33,938 bases of DNA from assembly GCA_913045505.1 (NCBI GenBank), contig CAJWQN010000003.1:1-33938 (forward strand), read 5' to 3'. Under the pieces are notes generated by a model. The model saw only the letters and a list, made by a program, of their open reading frames with translations. It ran no database searches and was not told where the DNA came from. Positions within the stretch are counted from its first letter, which is position 1. Every line of letters begins with the position of its first letter. The translations under genes were made by a program, and so were the position numbers. The DNA comes from an uncultured Rhodospirillaceae bacterium (GTDB lineage Bacteria > Pseudomonadota > Alphaproteobacteria > UBA7887). Positions 26,573-33,938 of the stretch are shown piece by piece.

Positions 26573-28381
26573 ATGATCGGTCTCGGCAAGTTTCTTGGCT
26601 TGATGGTCTTGGCCATGGTCGAACGGATCGATCGGCAATCGATACCGCTGATGTTTCAGAGCCTCGACATTCGGCGCAAGGACGTGATGATGCGCAACGT
26701 GGTCCTGAACAGCTTCGACGGTATCATCGCCATCGACGATTCCGGCGCGATCGAGGTGTTCAATCCGGCGGCCGAGCGTATGTTCGGCTACCGCAGCGAC
26801 GAAATCATCGGCCGGCCGGCGGCAATTCTTTTTCCCGAACTCGAAGGTCCCGAACTCGAAGGTCGGGACAACTCCCAGGCACAGCGCGACGTGCGCGAAA
26901 TCGATGGCGATCTGCGCGAGATGGCGGGCCGGGGCAAGGATGGCCGCACGTTCCCGGTCGAGATGGCTCTCAGCGAGGTGGCGATCGACGACCGCGGCCT
27001 GGTGACCATGTTCGTTCGCGACATCACCCGCCGCAAGGCCCAGCAGCATCGCCTGGAGCATCAGGCGCTTCACGACGCGCTGACCGGCCTGCCCAATCGC
27101 ACCCTGTTTCAGGATCGGGTTCAGCAGACGATTCTGTCGGCGGCGCGCAACCGGGAATCGTTCGCGGTCCTTTTGCTCGACCTGGATCGCTTCAAGGAAG
27201 TCAACGACACCCTCGGTCATCATATCGGCGACCTTCTGCTCCAGCAGGTGGCGACGCGGCTGGGCGACGTCATGCGCGCATCCGACACCATCGCCCGGCT
27301 CGGCGGCGACGAATTCGCCCTGCTGTTGCCGGAGATGGAGAACGCCGAGGCCGCCCAGCGGGTCGCCGAGACCATCGTCGAGGCCCTGCAACGCCCCTAT
27401 GCCCTGGCCGGACTGACCATCGAGGTCGGTTCCAGCACCGGTATCGCCATGTTTCCCGCCCATGGTGACGAGCCCGCGGTTCTGATGCAGCGCGCCGACG
27501 TGGCCATGTACGCGGCCAAGCAGGCCGATGCCGGGACTCAAATCTACGACCCCGAGATCGATCGCCACGGTGTTCGCGATCTGACCTTGGCCGGTGAACT
27601 GCGCCGGGCCATCGACAACGACCAACTGGTGGTCCACTACCAGCCCAAGGTCGATCTGAGCAAACGGCGGATCATGGGCGCCGAGGCGCTGATTCGCTGG
27701 CAGCACCCGGAGCACGGCTTGCTGCCGCCGGGCGATTTCATCGACACGGCCGAAAAGACCGGGTTGATCGAGCCGCTCACCCTTTGGGTGCTGAACACCG
27801 CCCTCGCGCAGTGCGCGGCGTGGCGCCGGGCCGGGATCGACATCGAGATGGCGGTCAATATCTCGGCCAAGATGCTGGACGATCCGTCGCTCGGGCCCAA
27901 GGTCGAAGGCCTGCTGCGGGCCTGGCGCGTGCCGGCGGAAGTGCTGGTCCTGGACGTGACCGAGAACGCCTTGATCGCCGACCCCGACCACGCCATGGAG
28001 ACCATCGTCGCCATATCCGAATTGGGCGTGCGGGTCGCCATCGACGATTTCGGCACCGGCTACTCCTCGCTCGCCTACCTGTCCCGGCTTCCGGCCGACG
28101 AACTGAAGATCGACAAGAGCTTCGTGTCGGGCATGATCGGCGACGCCAGCAACCGGACGATCGTCCAATCGACCATCGACATGGCTCATAATATGGCTCT
28201 CAAGGTCGTGGCCGAAGGCATCGAGAGCGATGCGCTGATCGAGGCGCTGGCCGGGATGGGCTGCGATATCGGCCAGGGCTTCCGGTTCGCGCGCCCCTGT
28301 CCGGCCGACAAGTTCGAAGCCTGGCTCACCGAATCGCCGTGGGGCGCCCGCGACATGAACGTCTTGGCCCTGGCCGCATGA
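26573..28381 (+). CDS. PAS-GGDEF-EAL diguanylate cyclase/phosphodiesterase
   Basis: PAS (FNPAAERMFGY...GKDGRTFPVE), HDALTGLPNR, DLDRFKEVNDTLGH, RxxD I-site RASD, GGDEF, EAL, DDFGTGYSSL and AEGIE. Start uncertain (26573 follows GGAAGG). Confidence 0.93.
   Translation: MIGLGKFLGLMVLAMVERIDRQSIPLMFQSLDIRRKDVMMRNVVLNSFDGIIAIDDSGAIEVFNPAAERMFGYRSDEIIGRPAAILFPELEGPELEGRDNSQAQRDVREIDGDLREMAGRGKDGRTFPVEMALSEVAIDDRGLVTMFVRDITRRKAQQHRLEHQALHDALTGLPNRTLFQDRVQQTILSAARNRESFAVLLLDLDRFKEVNDTLGHHIGDLLLQQVATRLGDVMRASDTIARLGGDEFALLLPEMENAEAAQRVAETIVEALQRPYALAGLTIEVGSSTGIAMFPAHGDEPAVLMQRADVAMYAAKQADAGTQIYDPEIDRHGVRDLTLAGELRRAIDNDQLVVHYQPKVDLSKRRIMGAEALIRWQHPEHGLLPPGDFIDTAEKTGLIEPLTLWVLNTALAQCAAWRRAGIDIEMAVNISAKMLDDPSLGPKVEGLLRAWRVPAEVLVLDVTENALIADPDHAMETIVAISELGVRVAIDDFGTGYSSLAYLSRLPADELKIDKSFVSGMIGDASNRTIVQSTIDMAHNMALKVVAEGIESDALIEALAGMGCDIGQGFRFARPCPADKFEAWLTESPWGARDMNVLALAA
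26833..26864 (+). repeat. Perfect 15-bp in-frame tandem duplication (TCCCGAACTCGAAGG x2)
   Basis: Seen directly; encodes PELEG-PELEG inside the PAS domain. Confidence 0.9.
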
Positions 28382-28460
28382 TTCCTCGCCATCGGGTGGC
28401 GGAAGGCGGAAGGCTCGGCTAAGCTCGGCCCCAGTGGCAGGGGCGCTGCTGGGGAATGCC

Positions 28461-29741
28461 GTGAGCGCGGGAACCAAGTTGCTAATTGCCGGCGCGATGG
28501 TCGCCTGGGCCGGCGCCGCGCAGGTCTCGGCGGCGGCCACACTCACCATCGCCTGCGCCGCGGTCGGCATCGAACAGCGGTTGTGCCGGGATGGCGCCGG
28601 GGCCTGGGCGGCGCGGACCGGCCATCGGGTCACCCTGATCCAGACTCCGAGCCTCGCCAACGAACGTCTGGCCCTGTTTCAGCAACTGCTCGCCGCCGGC
28701 TCGTCCGATATCGACGTGCTTCAGATCGACGTCATCTGGCCCGGAACCCTGGGACGCTATTTCACCGACCTCAGCCCCCATATCGACGCCGAAGTCCGGG
28801 CCCGGCACTTCGCGGCGCTGATCGACAACTACACCGTTGACGGCGCGCTCACGGCGATGCCGTGGTATGGCGATGTCGGGCTGCTTTATTACCGGAAGGA
28901 TCTTCTGACCCGTTACGGCCACGGCGTCCCCGAAACCTGGGACGATCTGGCCGCGACTGCCGCCGCCGTGGTCGCGGCCGAGCGCGCCGAGGACGCCGAG
29001 GGCGCGGCGCGGATGGTCGGCTACGTGTTCCAGGGCAAGGCCTATGAGGGGCTGACCTGCAACGCGCTCGAATGGATCGTCAGCCACGGCGGCGCCATTC
29101 TGGCGGCGGACGGGTCGCCGGCGATCGACCGGGCGCCGGCGGTCCGGGCGATCGAGACCGCCGCATCCTGGATCGGCGCCATCGCGCCCAAGGGCGTGCT
29201 CAACTATGCCGAGGAAGAAGCCCGCGGCACCTTCCAATCCGGCCAGGCGGTGTTCATGCGCAACTGGCCCTATGCCTGGGCGCTGGTCAACGGCGCCGGC
29301 AGCCCGGTCGCGGGCAAGGTCGGCATCGCCCCGCTGCCGAGGGGCGAGGGTGGCGAGAGGGTCGGTACCCTCGGCGGCGGCGGGCTCGCGGTCTCCAAGT
29401 TTTCCGCCCATCCCGCGCTCGCCGCCGATCTGGTCGCCGATCTGACCGGCTATGACGAACAGATCCGCCGCGCCATCGCCGGTGCCTTCAACCCGACCCT
29501 GCCGGCGGCCTATGACGACCCGGACCTGCTTCGCGCCCAACCGATCATGGCGGCGCTGCGGCCGGTGCTGACCGGTGCGGTGGCCCGGCCGGCGCGGATC
29601 GCGGGTGACCGCTACAACGCCCTCAGCGCGCTCCTCTGGAACGCGGTCCACGACAGTCTTGCCGGTCGCGGCGACGCCGCCGGCAATCTGGAAGCGGCGG
29701 CGCTGCGCATCAAACGCCTGCGCCGCGGCGGGCAATGGTGA
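28461..29741 (+). CDS. Sugar ABC transporter substrate-binding protein (trehalose/maltose type, ThuE-like)
   Basis: Signal peptide, then DVLQIDVIW, LYYRKDLL, QGKAYEGLTCNALEW and FMRNWPYAW. Start (GTG 28461) is uncertain. Confidence 0.88.
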   Translation: MSAGTKLLIAGAMVAWAGAAQVSAAATLTIACAAVGIEQRLCRDGAGAWAARTGHRVTLIQTPSLANERLALFQQLLAAGSSDIDVLQIDVIWPGTLGRYFTDLSPHIDAEVRARHFAALIDNYTVDGALTAMPWYGDVGLLYYRKDLLTRYGHGVPETWDDLAATAAAVVAAERAEDAEGAARMVGYVFQGKAYEGLTCNALEWIVSHGGAILAADGSPAIDRAPAVRAIETAASWIGAIAPKGVLNYAEEEARGTFQSGQAVFMRNWPYAWALVNGAGSPVAGKVGIAPLPRGEGGERVGTLGGGGLAVSKFSAHPALAADLVADLTGYDEQIRRAIAGAFNPTLPAAYDDPDLLRAQPIMAALRPVLTGAVARPARIAGDRYNALSALLWNAVHDSLAGRGDAAGNLEAAALRIKRLRRGGQW

Positions 29742-30636
29742 GGCCGGCCACGGTCGCGCCGCTTCGCCGGCACCGCACCCGACTGGCCTGGGCGGCGCTG
29801 GCGCCGGCGCTGGCGGCGGTCGCCGCGGTCGCCGGCTGGCCCTTGCTCAGAACCCTGTCGCTGGCGTTCACGGACGCCCGGCTGGCGACCATCGAGACGG
29901 CCCGGTGGGTCGGGCTCGAAAATTTCGCCTGGACCCTCAGCGATCCGGACTGGTGGCGGGCGGTCTTCAACACGCTGGTGTTCGCGGTCTGCTCGGTGTC
30001 TCTGGAGTTGGTGCTGGGGCTGGCCTTCGCCTTGCTGCTGAATGCCGGACTGCGCGGCCAGGGCGCGCTCCGGGCGGTGGCGCTGGTGCCCTGGGCGGTG
30101 CCGACCGTCGTCGCCGCCCAGGTGTGGCGGTGGATGTATCACGACGTCCATGGGGTGGTGAACGAACTGTTGCTCGGGCTCGGCGTGATCGCCCAGCCGG
30201 TCGCCTGGCTCGCCGATCCGGCGCTGTCCCTGGCGGCGGTCATTCTGACCGACGTCTGGAAGGCGACCCCGTTCGTCACCCTGCTGCTGCTGGCCGGATT
30301 GCAGACCATCCCCGCCCCGGTGATCGCCGCCGCGCGGCTCGATGGCGCCGGGCCGCTCGATCTGCTGATCCGGATCATCCTGCCCCTGCTGCGCCCGGCG
30401 ATCGTGGTCGCGGTACTGTTTCGCGCGCTCGATGCGCTGCGCGTGTTCGACCTGATCTACGTCATGACCAGCAACAGCCGGGCCACCGCCACGGTCTCGA
30501 TCTACACCCGTCAGGCCCTGATCGACTTTCAGGACCTGGGCGCCGGATCGGCGGCGGCGGTGCTGACCTTCGCCCTGATCGGCATGGTCGCGGTCGCCGC
30601 CGTGTTCGCGCTCAGGCCGGCGACCGGGGTGGCGCG

Positions 30637-30640
<4 letters not shown>
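29735..30640 (+). CDS. Carbohydrate ABC transporter permease (MalF/ThuF type)
   Basis: WVGLENF, PWAVPTVV, DVWKATPF, EAA-loop AARLDGAG and DALRVFD. Confidence 0.92.
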
Positions 30641-31467
<827 letters not shown>

Positions 31468-31470
31468 TCG

Positions 31471-32562
31471 ATGGCCGCGATCACCCTGGAAGGGGTGAGC
31501 AAGCGCTACGGCCCCGTGATCGCCCTGGACGAGATCGATATCGCCATCCCGGACCGCGCCTTGACCGTGGTGGTGGGGCCCTCGGGCTGCGGCAAATCGA
31601 CCCTGCTCAAGGTCATCGCCGGGCTCGAGGAGGCCGACTCGGGCCAGGTCGCGATCGGCGGCGAGCGGATCGATCACCTGCCGCCGGCGCGGCGCAACGT
31701 CGCCATGGTGTTCCAGGCCTACGCGCTCTATCCCCACATGACCGCGGCCGAGAACATGGCGTTTCCGCTGCGCATGGCCGGCCTCGGCCGTGCCGCGATC
31801 GCGACCCAGGTGCGGGCGGTGGCCGAGACCTTGCGCATCGCGGACTTGCTCGACCGCAAGCCCGCCGCGCTCTCGGGCGGCCAGCAGCAACGGGTGGCGA
31901 TCGGCCGGGCGCTGGTCCGCGATCCGGCGGCGACCCTGCTCGACGAGCCGCTCAGCAATCTCGACGCCCAGCTCCGCGCCGACATGCGCGCCGAAATCGC
32001 CGGGCTGCAAAAACAATTGGGCGCGACCATGGTGCTGGTCACCCACGACCAGATCGAGGCGATGACCCTGGCCGAGCGGATCGTGGTTCTGAACCATGGC
32101 CGCGTCGCCCAGACCGGCGGCCCCCTCGATCTCTACCACCGCCCCGCCAACCGCTTCGTCGCCGGCTTCATCGGCGCGCCGCAGATGAATTTTCTCGATT
32201 GCCGGATCACCGCCCTCGGCGCCGACGGCATCGCGGTCGCGCTGGCCGGAGACCTTACTCTCACCATCCCCGCCGATCCCGGCGCGGCGCGGGTTGGTGT
32301 TGCGGCGACCCTCGGCATCCGCCCCGAGCATCTGGCCCTTGGCGAAACCTCGGACCCATCGCTTGTTTGCGCCGTCACCCGCGTCGAGCGCCTCGGCGCC
32401 AGCGCCCATATCACCGTCGACTCCGCGGCCGGCCCGCTCCGGGTCGCGATTGCCGGCGAGCCGTCGCTCAAAGAGGGCGAATCCCTCGCCCTCGGCCTGG
32501 CGCCCGCGCGCTGCCATCTGTTCGACGCCGACGGCATCGCACTGGCGTCGAGAACGCTGTAA
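31471..32562 (+). CDS. Carbohydrate ABC transporter ATP-binding protein (MalK/ThuK type)
   Basis: Walker A GPSGCGKST, VFQAYALYPHM, LSGGQQQR, LLDEPLSNLD, VTHDQ, FVAGFIG and GIRPEH. Confidence 0.95.
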   Translation: MAAITLEGVSKRYGPVIALDEIDIAIPDRALTVVVGPSGCGKSTLLKVIAGLEEADSGQVAIGGERIDHLPPARRNVAMVFQAYALYPHMTAAENMAFPLRMAGLGRAAIATQVRAVAETLRIADLLDRKPAALSGGQQQRVAIGRALVRDPAATLLDEPLSNLDAQLRADMRAEIAGLQKQLGATMVLVTHDQIEAMTLAERIVVLNHGRVAQTGGPLDLYHRPANRFVAGFIGAPQMNFLDCRITALGADGIAVALAGDLTLTIPADPGAARVGVAATLGIRPEHLALGETSDPSLVCAVTRVERLGASAHITVDSAAGPLRVAIAGEPSLKEGESLALGLAPARCHLFDADGIALASRTL

Positions 32563-32799
32563 TACGGGGACAGATGATACGGGGACCGTAATACGGGGAC
32601 AGTTTACTTAATTGCGCCAAATCATCGCCGCCATAGGGGCCGCGATTATTCCGCCCTCAATCTTCGAAATCCTCGAACCCGCTTCTCAACAGCGGTCTAA
32701 TTAAGTAAACTGTCCCCGCAATAGGGCAGACGAAACCTGTTCGTTGGATATAATTAAGTAAACTGTCCCCGCAATAGGGGCTGTCCCCGCAATAGGGGA
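32559..32799. repeat. Intergenic cluster of inverted and direct repeats (REPIN/MITE-like)
   Basis: CGGGGACAGTTTACTTAATT (32594-32613) is the perfect inverse of AATTAAGTAAACTGTCCCCG (32699-32718 and 32752-32771). ATACGGGGAC occurs at 32562, 32577 and 32591. A 29-bp direct repeat lies at 32698-32726 and 32751-32779. An 18-bp tandem lies at 32763-32780 and 32781-32798. Confidence 0.88.
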
Positions 32800-32823
32800 A
32801 TGATGCTGGCCCCGGGCGGCCCC

Positions 32824-33786
32824 TCAGGCCGCCGCCGGGACCGTGCCTCGGGCGGTGATGCCGGCTTGCTCGAGGGCGGTGGCGAGGCGGGCGATCTCGG
32901 TCGCGTCGAGCTTCATCAGCGGCGGTCGGACCACCGCCCTGGGCAGGCGGCCCAAGAGGACCAGGCATTCCTTCATCCGGTTGTGCATGTCCAGGAACGG
33001 CGGCGTGTAGAACGCCTGGACGATCGGCACGATCCGGTCGTTGACCGCCTGGGCGCGGGCCAGGTCCTTGGCCCGCACCGCGTCCCAGAGCGCGACCTGC
33101 AGGTCCGCGATGACGCTTCCCGCCCCCGACAGCAGCCCGTTGCAGCCCATCACCAGGGACGACATCAGCCATGCCGAATGGGTGCTGAGCACGTTGACCG
33201 GGCGCGGCAGGGATTGAAGGGCGCGGATATGGCGTTCATGGAGCATCGGATCGTTGCACCAATCCTTGATCGCGCGAATCCGGGGGATGGTCTCGACCAG
33301 CTCGAGCAGGGTCTCGAACGGCGTGCCCAGGCCGCCGGCCATCGGATACTGGAACAGGATGATCGGCAGGTCGGTGGCTTCGGCGATGGTCTCGAAATGG
33401 ACCCGCGCCATCTCCGGGCGGAGCTGGCCGCCCATGGCCATGGAGTTGGGCGGAAACACCAGCAACGCGGCGGCGCCGTGGCCGGCGGCTAGGCGGGCGA
33501 GGTCGGCGGCCCGGGCGCTGCCGTCGGCATAGATGCCCGAGATCACCGGAACCCGCGCCCCGATCTCGTCCATGGTGATGCCCAGCAGCCGGTCCTGCTC
33601 GGCGAAGCTGCAGGCATGGACTTCCGAGGCATGGGCGTTGACCGTCACCGCCGAGATACCGGCGACCGAGGCGACATCGCGCAAATGGCCGCGATAGGCG
33701 GCCTCGTCGATCTCCCGGTCATCGTCGAAGGGCAGCAGGCAGGCGGGAATCACCCCTTGGGGCCGGTCATCCTCGAAGCGCGCCAT
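32824..33786 (-). CDS. Dihydrodipicolinate synthase (DapA/NAL) family aldolase, non-canonical
   Basis: GVIPACLLPF, IDEAAYRGHL, PVISGI, LPIILFQY (Tyr) and AIKD (Schiff-base Lys), VRPPL. ATG 33786 follows GAGGAGG. Confidence 0.88.
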   Translation of the reverse strand: MARFEDDRPQGVIPACLLPFDDDREIDEAAYRGHLRDVASVAGISAVTVNAHASEVHACSFAEQDRLLGITMDEIGARVPVISGIYADGSARAADLARLAAGHGAAALLVFPPNSMAMGGQLRPEMARVHFETIAEATDLPIILFQYPMAGGLGTPFETLLELVETIPRIRAIKDWCNDPMLHERHIRALQSLPRPVNVLSTHSAWLMSSLVMGCNGLLSGAGSVIADLQVALWDAVRAKDLARAQAVNDRIVPIVQAFYTPPFLDMHNRMKECLVLLGRLPRAVVRPPLMKLDATEIARLATALEQAGITARGTVPAAA

Positions 33787-33870
33787 GGCTCCAAGCCTCC
33801 TCATTTCCTGATCCGATCCCCGCCATGGTAGCACCCCGCGCCAGGCCGGTCATCCGCCGCGAAACGGGGT

Positions 33871-33938
33871 TGTCGCTAGCAGGTGATATGTCCGGTTTAT
33901 GTAGCACATGATCTGTCCGGTTTATGTTCGAGCCTTTT
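33871..33938. mobile_element. Probable insertion-sequence terminus (TGT start plus two subterminal direct repeats), cut by the window edge
   Basis: TGTCGC at 33871, then TGAT(A/C)TGTCCGGTTTATGT at 33884-33902 and 33909-33927 (18/19 identical, 25-bp period). GC content drops abruptly here. Confidence 0.45.

Noticed and set aside
26228-28660. Long antisense and alternate-frame ORFs (e.g. 26228..28660 -, 3166..5454 +, 771..2225 +, 12402..13958 +, 30529..32517 -, 30717..32591 +)
   Set aside because: They shadow well-supported genes, are Arg/Gly/Pro-rich with no motifs, and are expected in high-GC DNA with few stop codons.
32698-32798. 29-bp direct repeats with a 24-bp spacer as a mini-CRISPR array
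   Set aside because: Only two full copies; the third is a partial tandem with no spacer. An inverted copy lies upstream and no cas genes are present.
32657-33172. 171-aa minus-strand ORF containing repeated YCGDS
   Set aside because: It is an alternate frame of the aldolase gene running into the DNA repeats. The peptide repeat only reflects the nucleotide repeat.

Overview
High-GC window (roughly 65-70% by eye) that looks like an Alphaproteobacterial chromosome. It is almost fully coding, with about 30 real genes; most other ORFs in the track are antisense or alternate-frame shadows. From left to right: (1) a minus-strand nicotinate catabolism cluster of the reductive 6-hydroxynicotinate type (NicR-like MarR, FAD subunit, fused 2Fe-2S/molybdopterin subunit, 6-hydroxynicotinate reductase, and a UPF0280/ApbE-like gene cut by the edge) with a palindromic operator; (2) a five-gene, translationally coupled, probable lipid-linked glycosylation operon; (3) an adenylate cyclase-STAND ATPase-TPR protein; (4) Sel1, cupin, ferritin-like diiron, methyltransferase, phosphatase, msrB, pcm and D-2-hydroxyacid dehydrogenase genes; (5) the best candidate for an undescribed system: a tandem-NifU Fe-S carrier, a CCAEP-tail radical SAM enzyme and an amino-acid-ligase-like ATP-grasp in one operon; (6) VOC, DOPA-dioxygenase-like and PAS-GGDEF-EAL genes; (7) a trehalose/maltose-type ABC transporter; (8) an AT-rich intergenic cluster of inverted and direct repeats (REPIN/MITE-like), a non-canonical DapA-family aldolase, and a probable IS end at the right edge. 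No rRNA, tRNA or CRISPR array was recognised. All family calls rest on motif recognition; no database search was run.
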